This document shows positions 1-13,563 of a stretch of DNA of 64,000 nucleotides, piece by piece. The stretch is from the NCBI RefSeq assembly GCF_009914755.1, contig NC_060940.1, one strand, 5' to 3'. Under the pieces are notes generated by a model that did no database searches, had not been told where the DNA came from, and saw only the letters and a program-made list of their open reading frames with translations. Origin of the DNA: the human T2T-CHM13v2.0 reference genome, Homo sapiens. Made by a program: the position numbers and the translations under genes. Position 1 is the stretch's first letter. The number at the start of each line of letters is the position of its first letter.

Positions 1-1035
1 GCACTCCAGGCAGAAATCTGATTTACTTTCCCTGAGGAGACTCTCCATATGACATGCAAAATGTCAGGGAGAGAATAATACAAACTAGAAGTTTGGAAGT
101 GCTACGAAATAAAACATGTATGGGGAAAATGCGCCTTGTGAGCCCTTTATTATTTTTAAATGAAAAGTTGTCAGATTATTCAGTTCAAAGTGTGATGTTA
201 ACTGTGTCATGCCTGTGAGCTACAAAATAGTTATTGTGAAGGCTGTGCCTGTAGATTATCTATTATGGCGTGTTTGATACAATGTGACACCTGAGAAGTT
301 TGAAGGTGCATGAATTTTTGACATTGTGCTGTAGAACTATTGATGGAAGCTGAAAATACATAAAGAATGAGGTGTTTTCTCTAGTACACCAGTCACAATG
401 AGATACGTACCTAGTTTCCTTGCACAGTTTAAGAATGGGAGAAAAGCAATTTCACTCCCAGAATACAAGCGATCACAGTGATTATGAACAAGGTGTCCAG
501 TTCCAAATGTACTGCTTCTGAAAAGTAGAATTTAAGCAGTTTCCTTACTAGTCAAACTTAGCCAAACCATTATTTTAACCTTTAATGAGGTTTGACCTTC
601 AGGCCAAATCAGAAGAAGAAAACTTTTTGGAATCTCTTGTGTGGAAAAAAAAAAATTGCATCTGCTGTTCAAGCTAACTATTTCTTTGTGGCATGTTTAT
701 CAGTAATATGCCCCTGACCAGCAAAATTGTGTCCTTGAACCAGGGATATAAAATGATACTATTAAGGGAGCCAAGCCAAGTCTGGTCAAAGAAAGCCATT
801 TATTTTCACTGACCCAGCTGGTCAAGTGAATTTAAGTTCAGCAGCTTGGCTCACTTGAGAATCAGGCACTGCCATCATGCCTGTAATTACAGCATGAAAG
901 TGATTTCCAGGAATGAATAGTGCAAAGGAAACAGACTATCCCTGGCAACACTATACTTGAGTATGGGAGTGCTGGAAAGGTAAAAAGGAAGCATATATTT
1001 TTATGTGATTCATCTAATAAAAGCAACTTCCATTT

Positions 1036-1480
1036 GTATCAGTTTTTTAATATATAACAAACCACCCTAAACTTAGTGAATTAACACAATAAACATTAAT
1101 TATTTGCTTGGAATTCTATAAATTGGCTGGCAAGTTCTAGCCTGGGCCAGCTCATGTAGGGCTAGACAGTTCAGGATGGCTGGGCTTAAATATATGGAAT
1201 GTCAGCTGGGACTATTGGGCGAGCTAAGATAAATGGGGCCTTTCTTTATGTAGTTTCTCTTCTTCTAGGAGGCTAGCTGGAGCTTCTTCACATGATTGTT
1301 GAAGAGTTCCCTGCATGAAGAGTGGGCAAGCTCCAATTTTCAACTTCTTCTTCAGTCATGTTTACTATGATATAATGGTAGAAGTCGTATTGCCAAGTCA
1401 AAATTTAACAGATGGAGAAATAAACAATCTATTGATAAGAGGTACAGCAAAGAATTTGTGGATTTCTTTTCCAATGCACT
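1036..1480 (-). mobile_element. Old MaLR LTR (MLT1 family), degraded
   Basis: Starts tgtatcagtt...aacaaaccaccctaaacttagtg, typical of an MLT1 LTR read antisense. Boundaries approximate. Confidence 0.55.
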
Positions 1481-1964
1481 ACAGCATTCTTACTGTAATT
1501 GGAGATTACCAAATTGCTGCTGTGCTTTAGCATATTTTAGTTTGGATAGTTTTTCCCTTTAAAGAATGTTTCCGAATGCATTTAAAGGTGAAAACAGTAG
1601 TATCAAATTTATCAAGGTTGAACATACAGTTATTACTGCTTACATAAGATCTCAATTGCATGATTTGTAAATTGAGCAACCAAATAGAATTAGCTGAGTT
1701 TATCTTGATTTTATTTCATCTTATTGTTCTTTATAACACAAAGTAATTCTGTGATCTGATTTATTTCCATCACAGTGGCCAACTAGTTTGGCAGAATGCA
1801 AAAATGTCTCTGTATCTGCTAGGCACAAGTATGGAACATTTTCTTGCCCTAATTTGAGGTTATCAATAAATATTTAGTATTATTTTTATCAATTTATTTT
1901 ATTCATGAGGGGTGTAAGACTACATATTTGAAAGATATAGAATTAAAACAAGATGTTGTCACCT

Positions 1965-2536
1965 AGTGTTAAAGTCATATATTCTGCATAAAAAATTACT
2001 CCAAACTTGGTGGGTTAAAACAACAATCACTTATTATCTTTCACTGTTTCTGTAAGTCAGGATTTAGAAGTGACCCAGCTGAAAGGTTCTGGTTGATAGC
2101 CTCTGATGAATTTGTGTTCAGAATGTGGCTGGGGCTCAGGTCATTTCAAAGGTTTCTTATCCCACGTACCTGAAACCTCAATTGGGAGACACTAGCAGAG
2201 GCTGGAACAGCTGGGGCGCCTTGGCATCTCTACCTCTATTGGTTTTTTCATAGGTTCTCTCCAGCATGGCATCTTTAGGGTGGCTGGATTTCTTATATGG
2301 AAGTTCAGGGCTTCAAAGTAATGTTTCCCAATAGGGAGATAGATGGAAAGTGCATCTTCTAATCTATCCTTGAGATTTCCACAACTTAACTTCCTGTATA
2401 TTCTATTAATCAAGCCAGTCACAAAAGTCCAACCAGATTCAAGGGGAGGGATGTGGACTCCAGTTCTTGATGGGAAAGTGACAAAGTTCTGTAAAGGTCA
2501 TGTAGAACTGAAATTGATTAATTTTGGAAAACTACA
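1965..2536 (-). mobile_element. Old MaLR LTR (MLT1 family), degraded
   Basis: aaattactccaaacttggtgggttaaaacaacaatcacttatt...ctgtaagtcagga and later attctattaatcaagccagtcacaaaagtccaaccagattcaagggga. Boundaries approximate. Confidence 0.6.
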
Positions 2537-3434
2537 CTCTAACGCATTTAGGGAAACTTTAAACGTTGCAATATGGACCTTTACTTTTCAGGAACATAGA
2601 TATCATTCTTCCTTGAACATTTCAGGATCATGAACTTTAGTGGATGTTTGGTTTAACCAAAAGCAGAGGCTGAGAAAGGGGTTAAGTACAGGTATCTTAT
2701 TTGGGAAATAATTCATAAGAAAGGTACTGAAGTGAAATAGGGAAGAAGAGAAAACCAAAATAAAGATGCATATTATAGTAAGCCACTGCTGTGGATGACT
2801 AGAGCTTTCAGCCTTTCTAGAACATTCTGAGAAGACGTATGCACACTATCTCAGAGCTATGCATCTAGAGGAATAAAGGGTGGAAACTGTATTAACTGGC
2901 ATTGGTTAAGTGGGGTCCCAGGATCGCTAATTCTCTTGCATTTTCTGCTTGCTTGTGTATGAGTGCACCAAGTATCCTACACAGGGTATTCAAGAAGCAC
3001 TCAAGCAGAAAGTAAGAGATGTATGACACAGGTTCACGGTGAAGAGCTTTGGGTTGCTCTCAAGCCAGGCTGATGAAAGACTGTTTAGAACTGGTCAGTG
3101 CAGCAGTGGCTAGAGAAAGAGGTTAGGCTGGGATAATTTGTGCTTGGTAAGAATACATCCATTCAAGCCAAAGAGAATCAAATAGTGAGCACTTACTGTG
3201 TTCTGGCTACAGTTCTGAGCACTAGATGCCAGGATGAAAATCATAAAAATGTAGACCCTTTGTACACACTAGTGTGGTAAAGGTCCAAGTAAACAGATCA
3301 TCACAGCACAATAAAATAAGTGCTAAGACAAAACAATGCAATGTGCTATTGGTGCAAGGAGAACTGAAAAACAAGTGTGCCAGAAAAGAGCAGCTTTGGC
3401 TAGAAAAGCCATTTTATTTATCTTACTTTTTAAA

Positions 3435-3726
<292 letters not shown>

Positions 3727-5335
3727 TTTCTTAAGCGTTTTTATAGGATAGGTGGTTGACTAAATCTTCAACAAAGAGAAGCATTTTTCTAAATGGGAAA
3801 TGGAAATGAAAGAAGGTATTCTAAATATACAGCAAAACAGGAAAAAATGTCATAAAGGTTATATATGAAAAAGTTAATTTCATTAATAAACCTCAGGACA
3901 TAACCTTTACATATAAGTAAATCGAACCTCAATGAAATTAGTCATTTGGCTTGGGTCACACCACTTTTTAGTTGACAGTTCAGACAAAAACCTAGAAATC
4001 CTCTCCTCATTTAATTTTTGTTTTTTATTTTGTTAGACTTATACCATATTTATTTTTTATTTAAAAACAAATATCATAGTCCATGGCACTTCTTTTTATG
4101 TCTTTTGGTGTTAATGTTTAAATTAATAAGAATCAATCTTGCTTGCTTTGAGTTTTCTTTTTATTGGAGGAACTATACAATCTAATCAGGAATTTACAGT
4201 GAAACTTTTTTACAGTGATCACTCATTATAAAACTGATTCCCCCAGGCAGAGGGAGCACAAAGTTCAATTTTTATTTTAGGCAGCTAAGTTAATGTAAAA
4301 CATGCTTTTAAATCCCTGGATAAAACAGCAGACTTAGACAACCCAGAATTGATGTGTCTGACAGATGGGTTGGGATATGCCAAAAGAGACCTGGTAGAGA
4401 CCCAGGGCTGGGGAATAGCAATTGGCACCTAAGGAAGAAGGTGTGAACAGGGTGAAATTGGCCTCTGATTCTGCCAGCACTCAACACTTTAGGAAACCAC
4501 TGAGGATAGTTTTCACAGGATTGCTCAAGTGTCTTACGCAAATATGTCAGAGAAAGGACATTTTTTAAGGTTTAAGAATGGATTTTCACATTGTCTGATA
4601 TAGTTCAGCAATTTTCCAGAGAGACAGCTTCTGCTAGGTCAAATATGTGATTTCTCTAACTATTCTGTCTTTCTCCTTTTTTGGGTTAATGAATAGCTCA
4701 CTTTTATAAAGGGCTCTGGAATGGACTAGCGACAGATCTTTTTTGAGCTACAATGCTGGAAAATCACTTCAAGCCATTAAGGTCACTGTAGCCACAGTGA
4801 AAGCCCAGATGAATTCGCCACTTTTCTTGGAGTCAGGTATAAGGGGGAGTCTTTCAGCAACTTCAATTTTGTTTTTTTAAAACATTTACATTTTGTTTTT
4901 TAAAACATTTAGCTATACAGTTTTGGAAAAGGAATGGTTGTTCTGAGAAGGCAAAGGTGGCATTCAGGCACTAGGAAAATACAGAGGACATGGTGATGAT
5001 GGATTCTATAAAACAAAGGAAAAAAAGGGGAGCAAAAGAAAAGGGGAGCTATATTAGTAAATGTAAAAGAGCATTCAATATAATGTGAAACACATAAGTA
5101 TAACTGAGAGTTACCACTTTTCAGGGGAACTAGTGGAGAGAAAATTTCCTATGCAGTAGAACAGGAACAAAGTGGGTAGAATAAACTTAAGCTTGTCTAT
5201 TCTGAGTCTCTTTGGTAGAGTTTGTTTCCTGTCATACTAAAGAAGTGGAGGCAACTTAGTAACATGGCAGCCTTCTCAGTCCTCAAAACCACAAACAAAC
5301 TCCAAATTAGAGACTCAAAACATGGTCAGGTCTGA

Positions 5336-5676
<341 letters not shown>

Positions 5677-7314
5677 TTCAGAGCACCTCCTGTGTCAACA
5701 AGGATGTATTGAATGACTGTTATGTCTTCCAGGCATTTTGCTTGAGACTGAAATGAAAGAAACAATGAGTATGAGTATGATATAGTCCTTACTTGCTTAA
5801 GGAACCACTTCTTAGAAACAGGATACATTTTTCCATTCGAGATGGTAAATGTCATGATAAAAGTAACCAAATTTTCCAGAGGAATTTAGAGAAAGGAAGA
5901 CCAGAGAGTATCTCACATTGATGGTGAGTTATAGGCTGAATCTTAAAGTGTCTGTTTAATTTGTCCAGATAAATAAAGTTAGGAAGGGCATCCCAGGGAG
6001 AGGGAAGAGCTAATGTTTGGAGCCAGGAAGGAGAGTGGTGTACATGGGGTTCTGTAACTACTCCAGCACCTTCACCTTAGAACTTTAAAATATAATGTAG
6101 GATGTAGCAGGAGCCAAGGAGGTGGGCAACTTGCCAGTCATGCCAAAATACATCAATTTCAGTATTTTATTCTATACACGTTGAGTATCCAGGTATTGCA
6201 TTTCGATACGTGGATTCAGGATCTTCATGTCTGGAGGTAGAAGGAGCAATTTGAAATCTACTATAATGATCCAAGTGAATAATTGCAATCAGAAATAAGG
6301 TAGTAAAGGTGAGTGGATTTGAGGAGTATTTAAGACGAAAACTTACCAATCAGATGTAGTGGGTGAAGTTATATGAAGAATGAGGGTTAGTTAAGCACCC
6401 AGGACAATACTTGTATCAGGGAGATCAAATGACCACCAAAGTATGCAGAGCTGCCAAAGCATTACAGCCAGACTCAAGGTTGTAGGGACAAACTCATGAA
6501 GCACAAGGCCAGAGACCTGACAGAAGTAATGGTTTCCAGCAAGGTGATGTGGCAACCGCTAAAAACCAAACGAAAAGATGTGCATGTCAGTAAGTGCCTA
6601 CATGAAAAGATGGTAACTCCGGGCTAGCCAGCTTGTCCTAATCCCTCAAGGCCATCTTCACTCCCATCCAAACCCACATCTATATCCAGTCACTCATAGC
6701 TGTTGGAAGGGATAAAACAAAATGGACCAAGAAAAACCCCAGACTCATACTTTACCTAGAATACTTTCGATCCATAATATTACGGATTTTGTTTGTAACA
6801 GATATTTTCCCCTATCATTAGAGCAGTATAACTGTTGTGAATCCAAAAAAGAGAGCCACAGCTAAGTTGTGAAAAGGTATCTCCTCCCCTATCTAAAGAA
6901 ATAGGCAAGCTATTCACTCTCCTACAACTTCAGGGACCAAAGAAAAAAATGAATGAGGAGGGGAGACTTTAATACCTGCTTCCTGATGGAAACGGAGCTT
7001 TAGGTAGAAACTATTTCCAGGTAACTAATGTTATAAAACACTTAGATTTACAGTTGTCGTATTTTATATTTTTATATTTTATATACCTGAGTGTCTTCTG
7101 TAGTGTCCATAAAAGGGGTTTCAGATAATTGAGTTGGAAAACCAGCAGTAAATCTCCAGTGTTTCTGAACACTGGGCTAGACATTACCAGGAGAGAGAGG
7201 AGGATCCAGGTGTACTCGCTCTGTGTTTCAGGTCTGGCTACCTCCAGCATTTGACTTATTCTGACCCTCACCATCAGAATCAATAAGGGGAGTGTGCTAC
7301 AGTACAGTTTGCCA

Positions 7315-7425
7315 GGCCCCAACCCATAGCTAATGAATCAGAATTTCTGATGATGGGTCAGAATTTCCTGCTTTTAAACTAGCTTGTCTTGTGTGTCTGA
7401 AGCTCATCTCAATTTAGAATCATTG
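7315..7425. mobile_element. MER5-like hAT DNA transposon fragment
   Basis: ggccccaacccatagctaatgaatcagaatttctg...tttagaatcattg resembles the MER5A end. Confidence 0.5.
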
Positions 7426-8013
7426 AAAGTGCTCTTAGCACACCCAAAACATCACCTGCAGGCATCACTTAAAACCCACTGGGCACTTGAACTGGAATCG
7501 AAGAATTGCTCCAGGCAGTTCTTTCTTCATCCACACGAATATCCTCATGAATCATCTCTCCTTCCTCCCTGGACAAATCCCCTTATTCTCCCTTTTTTCC
7601 CTCGTCTAAGTTTTAATTTGATAATGAGACTTTTTTCACCTGCGTTCCTTCTCATCTGGCACCCCCTGTCCCTTAGTCCTGGGACAGCTCCAGGAACCAA
7701 AGGCAACCCATGCTGAGATCCTGTCAGAGTACTGCCCCAACCCTGCCCCTGCAAGTCCTGCATGTCTTCTCCTTGACTTTGCAAATCAAAAGGAGAGATT
7801 TTCCTTTAATCTGACATTTTTATAACATGACTGAGCACTGAAACACTCATATAGAATGCAGTCACAATGACTATGGAGGTAACATATGAATAAGTGGTGA
7901 TATTTGGCTTCTAGTCCTAAGACTGGGAAAGAGAATACATGACCAGCTATGTGACCTCAGGCAATTTAGGTTCTCAGGTACCTGTTTTAGTCATCTTTAA
8001 AGAGGGATTAAAG

Positions 8014-8205
8014 CAGGATTTCTTTAAAGATGGGTTAAAGTGTTTACAAACATTGACGATATTCAAATTTGGGGCCAGATAATTCACTGTAATTGGGGTG
8101 GGGCCTGTCCTGGTCATTGTGAGATGTGACAACCAAAAATGTCTCCAGGCACTGTCAGATGTCTGCTGGGTGGGGAGCAAAATTGCCCACAGTGGAGAAT
8201 CATTG
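8014..8205. mobile_element. MER20 (hAT) inserted into a MIR, with 8-bp TSD
   Basis: gggccagataattcactgt...caaccaaaaatgtctccaggca...gagaatcattg. GATTAAAG at 8006-8013 and 8206-8213. MIR-like sequence on both sides. Confidence 0.75.
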
Positions 8206-9037
8206 GATTAAAGGTTCATACTCCAAGGATTCTTGAGATACTGAATGAGATAATAATGAAAATGTTATGAAATTCTAATGGATTATATAAATTAAGGTGT
8301 TATTTTTATAAAGTACAGCACAAAGTGTTTATGAATTTGATGTACTTAAATCTAGCATTAATATGGTTCAGGCTATCACCTGATCTTTGCAGGACATGAG
8401 TAATAATGATATGATACTTTTAAGAATGCATATGAAAGAGTTACACAAACTTGATTCTAAGCACTCTCTGACCTTGGTTAATGTTCTAGGCAGAGAGAGC
8501 AAACCAAACACTTGCTCTGCCTTAAGAAATACCCCCATCATTCATTGGAGCTGGATGCATTTTATCTAGCACTTTATGCATTTATAAATATGCACTGAAG
8601 TCACTAGGTGACTTCAGAATCAGTCACTAGTCAGTTTTTATGTTTCAACAATTGGAACGTATTTTAAATGAACAGTCCCTCTGAACTTACTGCCATTTCT
8701 GTAATATTACTCAGTAAAACAAATGTGGGAAGTCCATAGTTTTAAACTTGCCATTTCCATTTTAAAATACTACAGCTAAAATAGCTAAGCAAATAGATTA
8801 AAACCAAAACCTTATAAGGAGTTTTCTTCAAGGGAGAGAATCATATATTAGTTTTCTTCCGTTTAGATTTATAAATTTCTCTTCCTTCTGAAAAGCATGA
8901 AAGCTTTTTCCTTTTTCTGCTCTCTCCTTCCCCATTGTCCTTCACTCCCTACTCCACTCCCTAAACACAACACAAACACACACTCTCTCTCTCTCTCATT
9001 CACTCATTTTTTTTTTCTTTTTTCTTTTTTTTTTTTT

Positions 9038-9418
9038 GAGCAACATGGCTGTTTATTTCACCTGGGTGCAGGCTGAGTCCGAAAAGAGAGTCAGGGAAGG
9101 GTGGTGGATTATCATTAGTTCTTATAGGTTTTGGGATAGGCGGTGAAGTTAAGAGCAATGTTTTGTGGGCAGGGTGGATCTCACAAAGTACATTCTCAAG
9201 GGTGGGGAGAATTACAAAGAAACTTCTTAAGCGTGGGGGAGATTACAAAGTACATTGACCAGTTAGGGTGGGACAGAAACAAATCACAATGGTGGAATGT
9301 CATCAGTTAAGGCTATTTTTACTTCTTTTGTGGATCTTCAGTTACTTCAGGCCATCTGGATGTATATATGCAAGTCACAGGGGATGCGATGGCTTGGCTT
9401 GGGTTCAGAGGCCTGACA
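9038..9418 (-). promoter_or_regulatory. HERV-H 3' LTR U3-R (type II/Ia, LTR7B/LTR7Y-like)
   Basis: Minus strand begins TGTCAGGCCTCTGA, preceded by polypurine tract AAGAAGGCAGGAA (9419-9431). TATA-like CCTATAAGAA near 9119-9128; AATAAA at 9052-9057. Subtype from memory. Confidence 0.85.
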
Positions 9419-9949
9419 TTCCTGCCTTCTTACATTAATAAGAAAAATAAAATAGTGTTGAAGTTTTGGGGCAGCGAAAATTTTCGGGGGTGGTATGGAG
9501 AGAGAATGGGCGATGTTACTCAGGGCTGCTTCAAGCGGGATTAGGGGCAGCGTGGGAACCTAGAGTGGGAGAGATTAAGCTGAAGGGAGATTTTGTGGTA
9601 AGGGGTGATATTGTGCGGTTATTAGAAGAAAAATTTGTCGTGTAGAATTATTGGTGATGGCCTGGATACGGTTTTGTATGAATTGAAAAACTAAATGGAA
9701 AAGGTCTAAGAATTGGGAGGACCTAGGACATCTGATTAGAGTGCCTAAGGAGATTCAGCATAGTCCTGCCAGCAAAGATTGTTTATTTACTTCAAGAGTT
9801 AAGAGTGGCAGGTTGGGGATAGCAGGAGGAGATATCAGCTGTGATGGCTTGGAGAAACAGTGTAAAACGGCAGTGTAAACAAGAGCAGGGCATGTATGAG
9901 TAGTTGAGAATGGAGAACAGGAGTATGACTAGACAGAAAATAGTAGGGA

Positions 9950-11900
9950 TGACAAGTTTTTTGGGGGCACAGTCTAAGTTGGTCCGGTGTCTGGAATGAG
10001 ACTGGGGCCTAATAAAAAGGAGCTCAAATGGGCTGTACCTTGTAGCATGCCGAGGACAGGTCTGACTTCTAAGAAGGGAAAGTGGTAAAAGTATTGTCCA
10101 GTCTTTTTAAGTTGGTGGCTGAGCTTGGTGAGGTGTGTTTTTAAAAGACCTTTAGTCCGTTCTACTTTTCTTGAAGACAGAGGACCGTAAGGGATATAAA
10201 GGTTTCACTGAATACTAAGAGCCTGAAAAACTGCTTGGCTGATTTGACTAATAAAGGCTGGTCTGCTATCAGACTGTATAGAGGTGGGAAGGCTAAACTG
10301 AGGAATTATGTCTGACAGAAGGGAAGAAATGACTGCGGTGGCCTTCTCAGACCCTGTAGGAAAGGCCTTTACTTATTCAGTGAAACTGTCTATTTAGACT
10401 AAGAGGTATTTTAGTTTCCTGACTTGGGGCATGTTGAATAAAGCTAATTTGCCAGTCCTGGGTGGGGGCAAATCCTTGAGCTTGATGTGTAGGGAAGGGA
10501 GGGGGCCTGAATAATCCCTGAGGAGTAGTAGAATAGCAGATGGAACACTGAGAAGTTATTTTCTTGAGGATAGATTTCCACGATGGAAAGGAAATGAGAG
10601 GTTCTGAGAGGCGGGCTAGTGGCTTGTACTATAGCATAGCCTGCCTTTGCTGTTGTGTGGCGATTAGGCCTGGTGGAACTGCCATCAATAAATCAAGCAT
10701 GATCAGGGTGAGGAACAGGAAAGAAGGAAATATGGGGAAATGGGGTGAATATCAGGTGGATCAGAGAGATACAGTCATGGGGGTCAGGTGTGGTATCAGG
10801 AATAATGTGGGAGGCCAGATTGAAGTCCGGGCCAGGAACAATGGTAATTGTGGGACTTAACAAAGAGTGAGTACAGCTGAAGGAGCTGGGGAGCCGAAAG
10901 TATATGCGTCAGGTATGAGGAAGAAAATAGATTTTGGAAGTTATGAGAAATGTAGAGAGTGAGTTGAGCATAGTTTGTGATTTTTAGGGCCTCTAAAAGT
11001 ATTAAAGCAGCAGCAGCCGCTGCACACAGACATGAGGGCTAGGCTAAAACAGTAAGGTCAAGTTGTTTGGACAGAAAGGCTACAGGGTGCGGTCCTGGCT
11101 CTTGTGTAAGGATTCTGACCACACTAACCATGCTTAGGAAGGAAAGGAGTTGTTGTTTTGTAAGGGATTGAGATTTGGAAGATTAATCAGACACGATCAG
11201 CAGGGAGAGCACGTGTGTTTTTATGAGAATTATGCCGAGATAGGTAACAGATGAGGATGAAATTTGGGCTTGATTGAAGTAATGGGGGCTGTCTGTGAAG
11301 CCTTGCGGCAGTACAGCCCAGGTAATTTGCTGAGCCTAGTGGTGTCAGGGTCAGTCGAAGTGAAAGCAAAGAGAGGCTGGGATGAAGGGTGCAAAGGAAT
11401 AGTAAAGAAAGCATGTTTGAGATCCAGAACAGAATAATGGGTAGTAGAGGCAGGTATTGAGGATAGGAGAGGATACGGGTTTGGCACCACGGGGTGGATA
11501 GGCGAAACAATTTGGTTGATAAGGCACAGATTCTGAACTAACTTGTAAGCCTTGTCTGGTTTTAGGACAGGTAAAATGGGGGAATGGTAAGGGGAGTTTA
11601 TAGGCTTTAAAAGGCCATGCTATAGCAGGCGAGTGACAACAGGCTTTAATCCTTTTAAAGCGTGCTATGGGATGGGATCTTGGCATTGAGCGGGGTAAGG
11701 GTGATTAGGTTTTAATGAGATGGTAAGGAGTGCATGATTGGTCGCCAAGGAGGGAGTAGAGGTATCTTATATTTGCGGGTTAAGGTGGGGGGATACAAGA
11801 GGAGGACACAAAGGAGGCTTTGGGTTGGGGAGAAGGGTGGCAATGAGATGTAGCTGTAGTCCAGGAATAGCCAGGGAAGCAGATAATTTAGTTAAAGGTG
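9950..11900 (-). pseudogene. pol: HERV-H pol remnant (RT, RNase H, integrase fragments; internally deleted)
   Basis: RT motif SVLDLKHAFFTIPLHPSSQPLFAFT (11230-11490 ORF). DSPHYF-like sequence joins directly to SSSSVTYLG near 11270, so the YxDD segment is missing. Integrase-like WQI and IQSD codons at ~10250-10460. Confidence 0.85.
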
Positions 11901-11902
11901 TC

Positions 11903-12127
11903 TCAGCCTAATAAGGGAACTAGGCAGGTGGGGATAACTAAAAAGGAGTGCTTAAAAGAATACTGTCTAAGTTGGCACCAGAGTTGGGGAGTTTTAAGAG
12001 GTTTAGAAGCCTGGCTGTCAATACCCACAGCAGTTATGGAGGCAAGGGAAACAGGCCCTTGAAAAGAAGGTAATGTGGAGTGGATAGCCTCCGTGTTGAC
12101 TAAGAAGGGGACAGACTTACCCTCCAC
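11903..12127 (-). pseudogene. pro: HERV-H protease remnant
   Basis: VPFLVNTEAIHSTLP: the catalytic DTG reads NTE. Confidence 0.8.
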
Positions 12128-12279
12128 TGTGAGAGTTACCCGAAGCTCGGCATCCGTGATGGTCTCGGGGGCTTCTGAGGCGATCGGGCAGCGTCAGTCT
12201 TCAGCCGCTAAGCCAAGAAGATCTGGGAAGGAGTCAGAGAGCCTTAGGCCAGAGTTCCAGGGGCTCTGGAAGTGGCTAC

Positions 12280-13450
12280 CAGGTGAGTTGAACAGTCCGA
12301 TTTTCAGTGGGGTCCTGCACACATGGGACACGGCTTAGGAGGAATCCCGGGCTGCGGGCATTCCTTGGCTCGGTGGCCAGATTTCTGGCACTTGTAGCAA
12401 GCTCCTGGGGGAGGAGGTTCTGGAGGAATGCCTGGCTGCTGCAGTTCAGGCATTTGGAATTTCTTGTGTGCTGGAGATGTGGCTGGTGTTTGTCTCACAG
12501 TGGAGGCAAGTAATTGCAACTCATAAATACATTGCTACTTGGCTGCCTCTACTCTATTATTGTACACCTTGAAGGCGAGGTTAACTAAGTCCTGTCGTGG
12601 GGTTTGAGGGCCGGAATTTAATTTTTGGAGTTTTATTTAATGTCGAGAGCAGATTGGGTAATAAAATGTATTTTGAGAATAAGACGGCCTTTTGACCTTT
12701 TAGGGTCTAGGGCTGTAGCGTCTCAGGGTTGCTGCCAAACGAGCCATGAACTGGGCTGGATTTTTATATTTGATGAAAAAGAGCCTAAACGCTTCTGATT
12801 TGGGATAAAGAAAAAGGAGCATTAACCTTGACTATGCCTTTAGCTCCAGCCACCTTTTTAAGAGTAAATTGCTGGGCAGGTGGGGGAGGGCTAGTCACTG
12901 AATGAAACTGTAAGCCGGACCAGGTGTGAGGAGGGGAGGTGATAAAAGGATTATAGGGTGGAGGAGCAGAGGCTGAGGAAGAATTGGGACCTAGCTTGGC
13001 CTGGTGAGGAGGGGAGAGGTCAGATGGGTCTATAGAAAAGGAAGATTAGAAAGACTCAGCGATGCTTGGGGTTGGGACTGAGGGGACAGGTGGGAGGGAA
13101 AGAAGGAAGATTTGGGATGAGTTGCATTGGGCACAGAGACTAGGAAGGGACCGATGTGTAAAAGAATGCCTGGACGTCAGGCACCTCAGACCATTTGCCC
13201 ATTTTATGACAAGAATTATTTAGATCTTGTAGGATGGAAACATTGAAAGTGCCGTTTTCCGGCTATTTGGAACTACTGTCGAGTTTGTTTTGGGGTCAAG
13301 CACCATTGAAGAAGAAAATAAGATGCTTAGATTTTAGGTCAGGTGAGAGTTGAAGAGGTTTTAAGTTCTTAAGAACACAGGCTAAGGGAGAAGAAGGAGG
13401 AATGGAGGGTGCAAGGTTGCCCATAGTGAAGGAGGCAAGCCCAGAGAAAA
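12280..13450 (-). pseudogene. gag: HERV-H gag remnant
   Basis: Nucleocapsid zinc knuckle CYKCQKSGHRAKEC, and a second knuckle CPMCAGPH broken by a stop (12304-12519 ORF). Confidence 0.8.
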
Positions 13451-13563
13451 GAGAGCATAGAGACATGGAGGGAAGGGGTTCAGGGGTTCTTACCCTCCAG
13501 AAAAGCGGGAAAGGGGTCGGGGCATGGAAATAAGGGATTGGGGGTTCTTGTCCCCTAGAAAAG

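Noticed and set aside
4725-4738. 14-mer ACTAGCGACAGATC also present near 47859
   Set aside because: Several 14-bp matches are expected by chance in 64 kb, and the match does not extend.
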